Source: Thermoflexia bacterium
GTDB lineage: Bacteria > Chloroflexota > Anaerolineae > B4-G1 > DUEL01
Assembly (NCBI GenBank): GCA_011192125.1
Contig: DUEL01000055.1
Coordinates: 5,770-69,769 of the forward strand
Length of the DNA stretch: 64,000 nt
Reading direction: 5' to 3'
The translations under genes and the position numbers were made by a program. Position 1 is the stretch's first letter, and each line of letters opens with the position of its first letter. The notes beneath the pieces are model-generated. The model did not search any database. It saw only the letters and a program-made list of their open reading frames with translations, and was not told the origin of the DNA. Of the stretch, positions 48,172 to 59,847 are shown one piece after another.

Positions 48172-49224
48172 TCAGAGAGCCTGCCGCCTAACGTCGAACC
48201 GTTTCGCTACCCTGTTTAACCAGTTCAGCAGGCGCATCACGCGGCCCCGACTGATTTGATCGAGTAACTCCCTATACCGCTGAAGCATGAGACGCAGCTC
48301 GTGCGTTTCATACTCCCGCACCCAACGATAGTAGGTGCTCATATCCATAGGAGTTATATCTCCAGAGGCGGCCTCTGGTGGTTGGGGGCCACCAGGATAC
48401 TGGAAATTAAGGGGATATCCCCAAACCGCCATCTCCGGGCCGCAAATCCTGGCAAGCACTTGTTTCTGTTCGCGTGTCCAATCCACAGGATAGAAGAAGT
48501 CTCCGACATCTTTTTCGGGAAAAGCCGTGTTCTCCCGCCGTGATTTGAACACATCGGCGACGGCCTGACTCCACTCGGGCACCCCCAGGAAATCAGTCAC
48601 TCGACGCGCGACTTGGCCAGGTTCGGTCACAATGTGCTCCTGCGCGACCTCAATGTAACGTCCGGTTAAAAGGGGTCGGACCTGGCGCCACATTTTCATC
48701 ACTGCGACCCAATGCTTGCAGGTAGAGAGGAACACTGCATCCACATTGGCTTTGCTATCGTGGTTTCTCTGCATGTAGGCGATCGTTGAGTTGACGGTGG
48801 TGATCGCGTTACGTTTCATGAAAATGAACTGGGCCTGTGGGAATATCTCTGCCAGCATTGGGGCAACCAATACCGCATCCACACCGGGGGACTTGCTTAC
48901 CCAGCGCACGCACTCGGGTGGCAACTGATCACGGTGGAATTGATCAATCAGCAGCGCTATCTGACGCTCCAGCAGCAGGTTACGCCCCGCTCCCAGTGCA
49001 AAGATCTCCTCACGGAGGTGCGCCTTATACTCGGGATCGCGCCACCACGCGAGCGGCTTAATCAGATCATACCACAGATGATCCTCTGGAAACCCGAAGA
49101 ACCCGGCTACACGCAGGGCTCGCCACATAATCGAGGTGCCTGTGCGCTGTCGACCGAGGATAAAAATCGGGTCGAGTTGCCGCCACTGTGCTTCTATTTC
49201 ATCCATCCCTGGTATTTGCCCCAT
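48172..49224 (-). CDS. Sulfotransferase family protein with C-terminal amphipathic helix/coiled coil
   Basis: 5'-PSB-like P-loop ILGRQRTGTSIMWRAL; 3'-PB-like region; C-terminal ...DQISRGRVMRLLNWLNRVAKRF. Confidence 0.5.
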   Translation of the reverse strand: MGQIPGMDEIEAQWRQLDPIFILGRQRTGTSIMWRALRVAGFFGFPEDHLWYDLIKPLAWWRDPEYKAHLREEIFALGAGRNLLLERQIALLIDQFHRDQLPPECVRWVSKSPGVDAVLVAPMLAEIFPQAQFIFMKRNAITTVNSTIAYMQRNHDSKANVDAVFLSTCKHWVAVMKMWRQVRPLLTGRYIEVAQEHIVTEPGQVARRVTDFLGVPEWSQAVADVFKSRRENTAFPEKDVGDFFYPVDWTREQKQVLARICGPEMAVWGYPLNFQYPGGPQPPEAASGDITPMDMSTYYRWVREYETHELRLMLQRYRELLDQISRGRVMRLLNWLNRVAKRFDVRRQAL

Positions 49225-49234
49225 CTCTCACTCG

Positions 49235-50611
49235 CTAGCCCTGGATATTCCGTCCTGCGGCTCGTCGCCATAGGCGTTGGAGGCTCGTTAACAACCGCAT
49301 CACGCGGCCTTGCATTATAGCCTCGATAGTCTGCTCGAGGTCGGCTATCCGCTGCTCCGCCCTCATCAATCCAGCCTCGTAACTCCGCATAGCCTGCCGC
49401 AGTCCCTTGATCTGTTCCTCTTGCTCTCGGATCTGTTGTTGTATCTCACTCGCGTATCGCTCGACGCCTGCAATGAAGATATGCCACAGCTCGTTCTTGT
49501 TAGCCGGAGGGCCGCCGTACTGCTGGCGGATGTCGCTCAACGTGGCCCACAGCTCCTCAGCCCGCCGTTCGGGCGTGTAGCGGGCGTACACGGTGCGGCG
49601 GGCAGCCTCGCCCATCTCCCGGCGTCGTTGAGGGTGGTCCAGCAACATCTGTAGAGCTTCACGCCACTCGTCGGGCGAGTTGACAAGCAGGCCGTTGCGC
49701 CCGTGGGCAATAGCATACTCATAGGCTTCCGCACGGCTAGCCACAGTGGGTACTCCCACCAACGCTGCCTCGACGAACTTGATCTCGCTCTTGGCCTGGC
49801 AGAAGGGATTATCTGTCTCCAATGGCACTAGGTTGATGTCGGCCTGAGCGATAACATGCGGTAACTCGCGCCAGGTCATATAGGGCGTACGGCGGATGCG
49901 GGACCGAAGCGGTTCGAACGCCGGGCTCAACTCTAGGTAGCCGCCGATGTGCAGCCAGACCCAGGGGTAGGTGGACATCACCCATACGAGCGGTTCAGTG
50001 ATGGTTTGAAAATCACGGTTGTGGGAAGCGGTACCGCTGAAATAGCCAATGACAACGGGCCGTGCCGCGTTGCTCTCCTCAAGACGGCGCTGCCGTTCAG
50101 CCCACGCTTGCTCAGAGATGCGGAACATCTCGGCGTTAGGGGCGTTGCGGTTGACATAGGCTGGCTTGCCCCGTCGCCGCGCCTCCTCTGCCAGGAACTC
50201 TGTCGTAGTGAGCACACAGTCGCAATGTTGAAAGGTCTCTTCCAGCCGTGCCAGGTCCGCTCGAAAGCGGCGCGCTACCTCCGGAGGGAGTGTGTCTACC
50301 AAGCCAATATGCGCATATAGCTCGGGGTCGAAAACGAGGTCGTCCGTGTCAAAGATGACAGGCTTACCCTGAGCGTGAGCGAGCTCGATGATCAGACCGA
50401 CCAGCGGGCTGAACGGCACGCGGTGTAGTATGAAGACATCGTAGTCGAAAACATCTGTTAGTAACTGCGGGTCGTCGTCCTCGCGCAGTGATGTGGGTAC
50501 GCCTTTGAGAGCTAGCTGTTCTTGTTGATGGATGCACCGATAGCGGCGCGTATCACCGCCTATTCCACTGATGAAAAGTACCTTGAAGGCCTCCGCCTTC
50601 GTTGTTGTCAT
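49235..50611 (-). CDS. GT-B glycosyltransferase with about 70-aa C-terminal coiled coil
   Basis: GT4-like core (KSEIKFVEAALVGVPTVASR); C-terminal heptad-rich EIQQQIREQEEQIKGLRQAMRSYEAGLMRAEQRIADLEQTIEAIMQGRVMRLLTSLQRLWRR; ATG 50611 with GGAGGGG RBS. Confidence 0.55.
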   Translation of the reverse strand: MTTTKAEAFKVLFISGIGGDTRRYRCIHQQEQLALKGVPTSLREDDDPQLLTDVFDYDVFILHRVPFSPLVGLIIELAHAQGKPVIFDTDDLVFDPELYAHIGLVDTLPPEVARRFRADLARLEETFQHCDCVLTTTEFLAEEARRRGKPAYVNRNAPNAEMFRISEQAWAERQRRLEESNAARPVVIGYFSGTASHNRDFQTITEPLVWVMSTYPWVWLHIGGYLELSPAFEPLRSRIRRTPYMTWRELPHVIAQADINLVPLETDNPFCQAKSEIKFVEAALVGVPTVASRAEAYEYAIAHGRNGLLVNSPDEWREALQMLLDHPQRRREMGEAARRTVYARYTPERRAEELWATLSDIRQQYGGPPANKNELWHIFIAGVERYASEIQQQIREQEEQIKGLRQAMRSYEAGLMRAEQRIADLEQTIEAIMQGRVMRLLTSLQRLWRRAAGRNIQG

Positions 50612-50653
50612 AATGTTCAACCCCTCCACTGCACCGCTGTTGTCGCACGCCCG

Positions 50654-51886
50654 TCAAGTGGTCCTTTTGCTTTTTCCTTCCCCTTCCCACACCCATTCTC
50701 CCCGCAATGTCAGAATGCCAAACCGTTCCCCATCCGAAGGTAGCACCCGAAGGGGGTACAACCGGTTATGATAGTCGTATATTTCTGTATCCTCCCAATC
50801 GTGAGCGGAGACGGAGAGGTAGTAGAGACCCTTTAGGAGGGGCAAAGCCGGGACGATGTATCGCACCGTTCCTTCCCCTTCTACCCAGGGGATCTCTAGG
50901 CCTGCGAACCGGGTGTTCGGCCCGGTAACGTGGACTCCGTCGCTGCGGTGGATGGCCAGGCCAAAGATCGGCCGCTCTACTCGCTCCTGGGCTTGATACC
51001 GCATCTCCACCACCAGGGGCTCTCCTACTCGGAACTGTTGCCTCTCCTGGCCCTCGCCATCTAACAAGCGGACAGCGATGATCTTTATCTTGCCACTTCC
51101 CCAACGGCGGCTATCTCCCCTAGCGGCGTGAAGCCGCCCCTTCTCTGCTGCCCAGGTGCGGTCCAGATACCGCAGTACCACTCCCTCGGCGGGGCCATCG
51201 TCCACCAGTTGGCCCTGGTCCAGCCATATGGCTCGAGAACAGATGGACCGGACGGCCTCTGGGGCGTGGGACACGAAGAGGATGGTCACCCCTTGCCGCC
51301 GCAGGTCATCTATCCGCTCCAGGCACTTGCGCTGGAAGGCTGCGTCTCCCACTGCCAGTACCTCGTCCACTAGCAGAATATCTGGCTCAGTGTGGACGGC
51401 GACGGAGAAGCCCAGCCGCACGTACATCCCGGAGGAGTAGTGCCTCACCGGCACATCGATGAACCGCTCCAGTTCGGCGAAACCGATGATGTCATCCAGT
51501 TTGCGGCGGATCTCCGCTCGGCTCAGGCCCAGGATAGAACCATTGAGGTAGATATTCTCCCTGCCGGTCAGGTCCGGGTGAAAGCCTGCACCCAATTCCA
51601 GAAGAGCCCCAACCCGTCCATCTACGACGATCCGGCCGGAGGTAGGCTCGATGATGCGGGAGATCAGTTTAAGGACAGTGCTCTTGCCTGCTCCGTTGGG
51701 GCCGATCAGCCCCACCGTCTCCCCCTGCTCGACGGTGAAACTCACATCCCGCAACGCCCAGAACTCCTCCCGGGAGTGCTCGTTACGGCGAAGGAGATGG
51801 AGGGCCAGCTCCTGGAAGGAACGGGCCCTCTCGTGGTGAAGTGTGAATCTTTTGGAGACACTCTCAAAACGGATTGCCACACTCAA
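50654..51886 (-). CDS. wzt: ABC transporter ATP-binding protein for polysaccharide export with C-terminal carbohydrate-binding domain (Wzt/TagH-like); TTG start
   Basis: Walker [10 protein letters not shown], signature LSGGM-type region, Walker B ILLVDE; about 150-aa C-terminal extension typical of Wzt O-antigen-binding domain; GAGGA RBS before TTG 51886. Confidence 0.8.
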   Translation of the reverse strand: MSVAIRFESVSKRFTLHHERARSFQELALHLLRRNEHSREEFWALRDVSFTVEQGETVGLIGPNGAGKSTVLKLISRIIEPTSGRIVVDGRVGALLELGAGFHPDLTGRENIYLNGSILGLSRAEIRRKLDDIIGFAELERFIDVPVRHYSSGMYVRLGFSVAVHTEPDILLVDEVLAVGDAAFQRKCLERIDDLRRQGVTILFVSHAPEAVRSICSRAIWLDQGQLVDDGPAEGVVLRYLDRTWAAEKGRLHAARGDSRRWGSGKIKIIAVRLLDGEGQERQQFRVGEPLVVEMRYQAQERVERPIFGLAIHRSDGVHVTGPNTRFAGLEIPWVEGEGTVRYIVPALPLLKGLYYLSVSAHDWEDTEIYDYHNRLYPLRVLPSDGERFGILTLRGEWVWEGEGKSKRTT

Positions 51887-52226
51887 AGTATGTCCTCAGC
51901 CACTCGCGAACATTTTTTGGGACTTACGTCCCAAATAAACGCTACCAAGAGGGTCGGGTTGCATGATAACACACCTCTGGTGAAACGCCAAATACTGTCC
52001 GAGTGTTTGGCATTGTGCAGGGAGAGAGGGAACCACACCTGCTGGGTTGACACAGGTGTACTCCGCTTAAGCGGTTTGACGGAGGGCGGCGGATTTGTTA
52101 AGATGTCTCCGGTGACCAGCCAGGGCACCCCTTACGGCGCGCTCGGGTGCGCCATAGGGAACCTGCGGAGGGCTCCCTTGCAAAAGTGTCAGGTGGCTGG
52201 GAAACTGACCAAGAGGAGGTTCCATC

Positions 52227-53099
52227 GTGTGCGTGGGGAGAGTCGATGTGAGATTCCGGGTTTTTCTACTACTAGTGCTGTTCACAACCGCCTGCCAGGG
52301 AACCTCGCGTGAGCCGTTGGTCTTCAGCGGAGAAGCCGCCTATGCCCACGTGGAGGCCCAATGCGACCTCGGCCCCCGGCCCACCGGTTCCTCTGCCAAC
52401 CGAGCTGTCGGCGACTACATTATCTCCGTTCTGGAGGACGAAGGGTGGGCGGTGGAGACGCAGGAGTTCGCCTACCGCGATACGCCTGTACGGAACATCG
52501 TCGGCAAAGCGGGGGAGGGGCCGGTGGTGATCCTGGGGGCCCACTACGACACCCGTCGCCAGGCCGACCAGGAGGATCCCACCCAGCCGGTCCTGGGAGC
52601 CAACGACGGGGCCTCCGGCGTCGCGGTGCTTCTGGAACTGGCCCGGGTGCTCGATCTGGACCGAGTGGATCGTCAGGTCTGGCTGGCCTTCTTCGACGCC
52701 GAGGACAACGGCCGGCTCGACGGATGGGAGTGGTGTGTTGGCTCTTCCTATATGGCCAACCACCTGGAGGTCGTGCCGGAGGCGGTGGTCGTCGTGGACA
52801 TGGTCGGTGATGCGGACCAGCAGTTCTACTTCGAGGGTAATTCCGACCCCACCCTCCAGCAGGAGTTGTGGGAGATCGCGGCGACGCTGGGGTACACGGA
52901 GACGTTCCGCAGCGAGTACCGCTGGACGATCTACGACGACCACGTCCCCTTCGCCCAACGGTCCATCCCAGCGGTGGACATCATCGATTTCGATTATCCC
53001 TATTGGCACACCACGCAGGACACGCCCGACAAGGTGAGCCCCGCGAGCCTGGAGCGGGTGGGACGGGTGCTGGAGGTGTGGCTGGAGGGGGCTCCGTGA
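52227..53099 (+). CDS. M28 family peptidase (aminopeptidase/glutaminyl-cyclase-like), lipoprotein; GTG start
   Basis: VLFTTACQG lipobox; ILGAHYDTRRQ...GANDGASGVAVLLELARVL...FFDAEDNG motifs; GAGGAGG RBS. Confidence 0.7.
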   Translation: MCVGRVDVRFRVFLLLVLFTTACQGTSREPLVFSGEAAYAHVEAQCDLGPRPTGSSANRAVGDYIISVLEDEGWAVETQEFAYRDTPVRNIVGKAGEGPVVILGAHYDTRRQADQEDPTQPVLGANDGASGVAVLLELARVLDLDRVDRQVWLAFFDAEDNGRLDGWEWCVGSSYMANHLEVVPEAVVVVDMVGDADQQFYFEGNSDPTLQQELWEIAATLGYTETFRSEYRWTIYDDHVPFAQRSIPAVDIIDFDYPYWHTTQDTPDKVSPASLERVGRVLEVWLEGAP

Positions 53100-53130
53100 C
53101 GTGTGGCGTATGACGCTTGACGTATGACGT
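53097..53130. repeat. TGACG pentamer/heptamer tandem array (4 copies) in convergent intergenic region
   Basis: TGACGtgtggcgtaTGACGctTGACGtaTGACGtg. Confidence 0.6.
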
Positions 53131-53145
53131 GTTGCGCCTCACCCG

Positions 53146-54819
<1,674 letters not shown>

Positions 54820-54829
54820 CCTTTCCCCC

Positions 54830-55543
54830 TCACGTTTCCGCTTCCTGGTCTGGCGTTCTTTCCCCAAGAAACCGCTTCAGCGCGTCCCAGGCCGCGGCCT
54901 GCTCGGCGGCTTGTTTAGATCGACCTTCGCCACGGCCAGCTACTTTGCGGCCCAGCAGCACCTCGGCCACGAAGGTCTTGGCGTGGTCGGGCCCCATCTC
55001 GGCCACGATCCGGTAGCGGGGGGTCACCCCGCGCTCCGCCTGCGCCCACTCCTGGAACCGGCTCTTGGCGTCTCGGTCGGCCTCGTTGGCCAGGATGGCC
55101 TCGGCGGCGGGGGGGACAAGGCGTCCCAGGAGCCGCTGGACCGGTTCGATCCCCCCGTCGAGGTAGAGGGCACCGACCAGGGCTTCGAAGCCGTCTCCCA
55201 GGTTGGCGATGCGCTCTCGACCGCCCCCTGTCTCCTCCCCGTGTCCCAGGCGGAGAGCCTCCCCCAATCCCAGCTGGGTGGCGAAGTCGGCCAGGGTCTC
55301 CTCTCGCACCAGCGCGGCCCGCAACCGGGTCATCTCCCCCTCGTGGAAGTCGGGGAAGCGCTGGTAGACCCAGGCCGCCACGGCGAAGTTGAGCACCGCG
55401 TCCCCTAAGAACTCCAGCCGCTGGTTGTCCGGCCCCTCTTCGGGGTGCTCGTTGACATAAGAAGGATGGGTAAGGGCGCGGATCAGAAGGTCCTCGTCCC
55501 GAAAACGATAGCCAATGCGGTCTTGAAAAGCGTCAAGGTTCAT
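54830..55543 (-). CDS. rnc: Ribonuclease III
   Basis: HPSY...[11 protein letters not shown] RNase III signature and C-terminal dsRBD. Confidence 0.85.
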   Translation of the reverse strand: MNLDAFQDRIGYRFRDEDLLIRALTHPSYVNEHPEEGPDNQRLEFLGDAVLNFAVAAWVYQRFPDFHEGEMTRLRAALVREETLADFATQLGLGEALRLGHGEETGGGRERIANLGDGFEALVGALYLDGGIEPVQRLLGRLVPPAAEAILANEADRDAKSRFQEWAQAERGVTPRYRIVAEMGPDHAKTFVAEVLLGRKVAGRGEGRSKQAAEQAAAWDALKRFLGERTPDQEAET

Positions 55544-55557
55544 CTCAGATCGCGGAT

Positions 55558-55610
55558 TGACGTTTGAGTCTGACGTTTGACGTCTGACGTTTGGCGTTTG
55601 ACGTAACGTT
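55558..55610. repeat. TGACGTT heptamer tandem array (6 copies) between mazG-like stop and rnc start
   Basis: TGACGTTtgagtcTGACGTTTGACGTCTGACGTTTGGCGTTTGACGTAACGTT. Confidence 0.6.
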
Positions 55611-55926
55611 AGGCTCCTGCCGTTTGCGACCCCGCCCTTCCACTCTGTGCCAGTCGACGTTCATACTTCGCCAGGGCTTCCTCCAGTGCCTCGCCCGCGT
55701 CCACCCCGCACGATTCGGCCAGGGTGAGGAGGGAGTAGAGGGCGTCGCCGATCTCGGCACGGAGGTCGTCGGTGGTCTGAAAGGGCTCGTTGCCGTACTC
55801 CGTGCTCTCCAGCACCGCTTTGGCGATCTCCCCGACCTCCGCCGCCAGGTCGAGGGCGTGGGCGACGGGGGTGTGGAGCAGCCCGTGTCGGCGGGCGAAC
55901 GTAGCGACGCGGTGTTGCCAGTTCAT
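55609..55926 (-). CDS. MazG-like nucleotide pyrophosphohydrolase (small single-domain)
   Basis: LAAEVGEIAKAVLE...AEIGDALYSLLTLAE EExxE/D motifs. Confidence 0.7.
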   Translation of the reverse strand: MNWQHRVATFARRHGLLHTPVAHALDLAAEVGEIAKAVLESTEYGNEPFQTTDDLRAEIGDALYSLLTLAESCGVDAGEALEEALAKYERRLAQSGRAGSQTAGA

Positions 55927-56116
55927 TGCGTGGAACCGAAAGGGATGACCGATTGTGCCCCTGCCTTGCGCGGACGGCTGACGAAGCGCTTCAGTCCCTG
56001 GTCAAGAAATACCCGACGTTCCTGTAGCCGGTTATCGTTCTCTCTGCGTTCCTGCATCGCTGATTATGGTAGCACAGAATGGGGAAGAGGGCAATCCGGT
56101 CTGACCGGGGTGGGGG

Positions 56117-57208
56117 TCATCCGCTGTGCTTGAGCCCGCTGCCGGTGAGGATCGCCACAACGGTCCCCGTTAGCCGCTCTTGCAGGTGATCCAGCGCGGC
56201 GACCGCCACCGCCGACGTCGGTTCAACGTAGAAGCCCCGGTGGGCCAGCCGCTTCCACGCTGCCCGAATCTCCGGCTCCGACACGGCGAGCATTCCACCT
56301 CCGCTGGCGCGAACCGTCGTCAGGATCTCCCGCCCGCGCACCGGCGCGGCGATACGCACCCCCTCGGCGACGGTATCCCCCTCGGCGACTGGCTCCGGCT
56401 CCTCCGCCCCCCGCTCCCATGCGGCGACCAGCGGCGCGCAGGCGGCGGCCTGGATCCCGTAGAGGCGCGGGACCTTCCGGGTGCACCCGGCGGCCCGCAG
56501 TTCGTCGAACCCCATCGCCAGCCCCAGCAGGAGCGAGCCGTGGCCCACGGGGAGGACCACCGCGTCGGGGGCTCGCCGACCCAGTTGCTCCCACAGTTCG
56601 AAAGCGATGGTCTTCATCCCATGGTGGATCAGCGGGTGGTAGACGTGGCTGGCGTAGACAGCCCCTCTGTCCGCGGCCTTCAGCACCGCCTCGGCCGCTG
56701 CTGCGCGAGGGCCGGGGACCGCCACCAGCCGAGCGCCGTAGGCGGCGATCTGGGCCTTCTTGGCGGGGGAGGCGTGGGCGGGGACGTAGATGGTGGCCCG
56801 CAGGCCAGCCCGCGCGGCGTAGGCGGCCAGGCTCGACCCAGCATTGCCGGAGGAGTCCTCCACGACAGCCTCCACCTCGGTGGCCGCCAGCGCGGTGATC
56901 AGGATCGCTGTCCCTCGGTCCTTGAAGGACCCCGTAGGGTTAAGGGATTCGCACTTGAAATGGACTGATAGACCATCCCACTCTGCTTCCACCAGGGGGG
57001 TCATGCCCTCTCCCAGCGTGACGGGCCGGGCTCCCCTCGGCAACGGCAGCGTGTGTCGATACCGCCACAGGGTGAAGTCGTCCACACCCACCCGCGCCGG
57101 ATTGAAGGCCGGTGCGTCGGCGATCTTCAACGGCCCTCCGCAGTCGCACCGGAACCGCGTCGCCTCCCACCGGTACGTCGCTCCACAACGGGCACAGGCC
57201 AACCGCAT
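56117..57208 (-). CDS. thrC: Threonine synthase (PLP-dependent, with N-terminal zinc ribbon)
   Basis: CARCG...CDCGG ribbon; FKCESLNPTGSFKDRG PLP lysine motif; AGGAGG RBS. Confidence 0.75.
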   Translation of the reverse strand: MRLACARCGATYRWEATRFRCDCGGPLKIADAPAFNPARVGVDDFTLWRYRHTLPLPRGARPVTLGEGMTPLVEAEWDGLSVHFKCESLNPTGSFKDRGTAILITALAATEVEAVVEDSSGNAGSSLAAYAARAGLRATIYVPAHASPAKKAQIAAYGARLVAVPGPRAAAAEAVLKAADRGAVYASHVYHPLIHHGMKTIAFELWEQLGRRAPDAVVLPVGHGSLLLGLAMGFDELRAAGCTRKVPRLYGIQAAACAPLVAAWERGAEEPEPVAEGDTVAEGVRIAAPVRGREILTTVRASGGGMLAVSEPEIRAAWKRLAHRGFYVEPTSAVAVAALDHLQERLTGTVVAILTGSGLKHSG

Positions 57209-57347
57209 AACTACCTCCTGGAACGTGCCTCGCTATTATACCTTCCCCGGCCGGAGGAGCGCAAGGGGGTTTTTGACACCGTGTCTGTAGCAAGTCGGTA
57301 GGTAGGGAGGATGCGAGCGGGTGAGGCAACGGGTCGCAAACGAATGT

Positions 57348-57377
57348 AACGAATCGGAGATGAGCCTCCGATTCGTT
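57348..57377. promoter_or_regulatory. 12-bp perfect inverted repeat (taacgaatcggag-atgagc-ctccgattcgtt) in divergent thrC/57473 intergenic region
   Basis: Read directly; flanked by cgaat/tcgttca direct repeats. Confidence 0.3.
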
Positions 57378-57429
57378 CACTCGTTCAGGGTTCGCTGTCC
57401 CATCTCTCCTACCAAACTGTTACCACACT

Positions 57430-57457
57430 TTGACACCGTGTGGGGACGTGTTATACT
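57430..57457 (+). promoter_or_regulatory. Sigma70-like promoter with extended -10 (TTGACA-16-TGtTATACT) for gene 57473
   Basis: ttgaca ccgtgtggggacgtgt tatact; predicted TSS within about 10 nt of the ATG. Confidence 0.3.
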
Positions 57458-57472
57458 GCTAAAGGGGGCGCG

Positions 57473-57901
57473 ATGGCGAGCGAGGGTGTGCATTTTCTCA
57501 GCCCGGATCGAGCCCGGTATCTGGTGGAAGTAGCAGAGCGGGCGCGGGAGGAGTTGGGCCGCTGGGCCGGTCAGCGGGTCAACTACGACGCCACCGCGCT
57601 CCAGTTGCTCGACGAGTGGATCGAGCACGTGGTGCGCTCGACACCGAGCCCACCGCCGTCGATGCAGGTGTTGTGGACCGCGTTTCTGGGAGAGGTTTTC
57701 CGCCGCCGCTATCAGGGGGAATGGGTTGTCCGAGAGGATGACGGGAAGGCCCTGGGTGTGCTATGCCCGATGGAGGCCGGGGGACTCCACGTCGTGGAGG
57801 TCGCTCGGCAGGTGCGGCGGCGTATCCAGAACGGCTTCGCCGACTCGCTGGCCCTCTTCTACGTCCGCGAGGGAGCCCTGCTGCGGGGACAGGTCGATTA
57901 A
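57473..57901 (+). CDS. Hypothetical protein (143 aa)
   Basis: ORF with AAGGGGG RBS; no recognisable motif. Confidence 0.4.
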   Translation: MASEGVHFLSPDRARYLVEVAERAREELGRWAGQRVNYDATALQLLDEWIEHVVRSTPSPPPSMQVLWTAFLGEVFRRRYQGEWVVREDDGKALGVLCPMEAGGLHVVEVARQVRRRIQNGFADSLALFYVREGALLRGQVD

Positions 57902-58612
57902 GAGTGCTGCCCTTCCCTCACTTTCCGTGTGGCTCGCCAGATGTTGGCCCGAGCGCGGTCCTGATGTGGGCCGAGGCTTTGCAGGAAGGCTTCGATCTGT
58001 CGGCGCCAGGTATCGGCCGCACCAGGGCATGGCGGGGGTGGGGGAAAGCCGGACTGCCGGGCGTAGTAGGCCAGGTCCTTCGCCGCGACGTAGATCAACG
58101 GGCGGATCACCGTGATCCGCCCACCGAAGAACGCCACTTTGGGCTCCAGCGTCTCCAGCCGACCGGTGAACAGCAGGTTGAGCAGCGCGGTCGCGGCCGC
58201 GTCGTCGGCGTGATGGCCCAGGGCCAGTTTGTTGCATCCCAACCGGTCGGCGGCCAGGAAAAGGGCCTTGCGCCGGTTCCAGGAGCAGCGGAAGCAATTC
58301 AGGGGCAACGGCTCCCCCGGTGGCAGTTCCAGCGGGATAAAGTGGTATTCGACACCCAGTTCCTCAAACCACGGCCTGAGAACGCTGGAGAGGTCGGAGA
58401 AACCGGCTGCCGTACCGACCACGTGGAGGGCGACCAGGTCGTAACTGAAAGGGACCCGCTCCCGATAGCGCAGGAGCAGGTCCAGAAGCGTGCGGCTGTC
58501 TTTCCCCCCGGAGACGGCCACCGCCACCCGGTCGCCGTCGGCTAGCAGGTCGAACTCCTTACACGCTCGCGCCACCTCCTTCAGCAGCGCTCGTGCTGTC
58601 TGCTCCTTTCCC
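57898..58612 (-). CDS. ttcA: PP-loop ATPase of the TtcA family (tRNA 2-thiocytidine synthesis-like)
   Basis: VAVSGGKDS PP-loop; CFRC...C cysteine cluster; ATG 58612. Confidence 0.65.
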
Positions 58613-58615
58613 ATC

Positions 58616-59660
58616 CTACCCCTGGTCGCTCCCCGAGCCCAGTCGCTCCGCGTACTGCCGCTGATAGTACTCCTGGTAGTGCTTCCCACTCTTGATCGGC
58701 CGCCACCACCATTCGTTCTCCACGTACCAGCGGACCGTCTTTTCGAGGGCCTCTTCGAACGTGTGGCGGGACTCCCATCCCAGGGCGCGGATCTTGCTGA
58801 TGTCTAACGCGTAGCGGCGGTCGTGGCCGGGTCGGTCCTTCACGTGGCGAATCAGCGAGTGAGGTTTGCCCAGGATGTCGAGGATCGCGCGGGCCATATC
58901 GATGTTTCGTGTCTCTACACCGGTGCCCAGGTTGTAGACCTCCCCTGGCTGTCCCCTGTGAAGCACCACGTCGATCCCCTCGCAGTGGTCGACCACGTAC
59001 TGGTAATCCCGCATCTGGCTGCCGTCACCGTAGAGGGGCAGGGGCTGATCGTCGATGGCGTTCGTGATGAAGAGCGGCACTACCTTCTCCGGGTACTGGT
59101 AGGGGCCGATGTTGTTGGACCCTCGGGTGATGGTGACCGGGACGCCGAAACTGGTGAAGTAGGCGATACACAGCAGATCGCCGCTGGCCTTGGAGGCGGA
59201 GTAAGGGCTGCGGGTGTGAAGGGGGTCGGTCTCCTTCGCGCGCCCCTCCAGGACCTCCCCGTAGACCTCGTCCGTGCTCACCTGGTGGTACCGCTCCAAC
59301 CCGAACTCCTTCGCCGCCTCCAGCAGGACGTAGGTGCCGAAAACGTCGGTGCGGATGAACTCGTCCGGCTCCATCAGGGAGCGATCCACGTGGGTGGCCG
59401 CGGCGAAGTTGACGATGGTGTCGATGTCGTGCTGGCGGATCACCTCCCGCACCAAGTCGGCGTCGCAGATGTCCCCTTTGACGAAGGTGTACCGATCGCC
59501 GAAATCCTGGGCCACGTCCTTCAGGTTCTCCAGGTTCCCCGCGTAGGTCAGTTTGTCGTAGACGACGATCCGGTAGTCGGGATACTTCCGGAGCATATAC
59601 CGGACGAAGTTGGAGCCGATGAACCCGGCTCCGCCGGTCACCAACAGGTTGCGCACGATC
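58616..59660 (-). CDS. rfbB: dTDP-glucose 4,6-dehydratase
   Basis: LLVTGGAGFIGSNFVRYML..YDKLTYAGNLENL..TDEVYG..YSASKA signature; GTG 59660 preceded by GGAGGAGGAGG (ORF extends to 59776 through a repeat element). Confidence 0.85.
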
Positions 59661-59710
59661 CTCCTCCTCAGGTGTTGGGATGGCGATATTGTACCACATC
59701 CGAGGCGAGA

Positions 59711-59847
59711 GGCAATCGCATTTTCCGTAACCGCGGAGGCGCAGAGAGCGCAGAGTTCAACGTTTTTCCCCTCCATTCTCCGTGTCCTCTGCGCCTCTGC
59801 GGTGAGATCCGGCTGCCACCACCTACTTCCTGGAAAATGCGATAGCC
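59711..59847 (+). repeat. Dispersed element, copy C, nested inside outer 17-bp inverted repeats (ggcaatcgcattttccg / ggaaaatgcgatagcc)
   Basis: ccgcggaggcgcagagagcgcagag...attctccgtgtcctctgcgcctctgcggtg in rfbB/nfeD divergent region. Confidence 0.55.

Noticed and set aside
51925-51950. tttgggac-ttac-gtcccaaa hairpin and a 12-bp ccgcttaagcgg palindrome in the wzt/M28 divergent region
   Set aside because: Plausible regulatory sites, but the stems are short and neither is positioned as a terminator; reported here only as an observation.
52272-53009. 245-aa minus-strand ORF opposite the M28 peptidase
   Set aside because: Shadow ORF; the M28 frame carries the conserved His/Asp/Glu metal-ligand blocks.
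55545-56133. ORFs 55545..55760 - and 55591..56133 + around the TGACGTT array and mazG-like gene
   Set aside because: The first is created by the tandem repeat itself. The second is antisense to the MazG-like ORF with EExxE motifs.
56180-57380. ORFs 56180..56968 +, 56223..56594 -, 56419..56898 +, 56844..57290 +, 56940..57380 - around thrC
   Set aside because: Arg/Pro/Gly-rich shadow frames. thrC has the PLP-lysine motif and AGGAGG RBS.
57763-58545. 260-aa + strand ORF and 178-aa minus ORF (57761..58297) over ttcA
   Set aside because: No motifs; the PP-loop SGGKDS frame is the real gene.
58823-59845. 340-aa + strand ORF antisense to rfbB, and 59025..59699 - alternative frame
   Set aside because: rfbB frame has full SDR dehydratase signature; the others are GC-driven.
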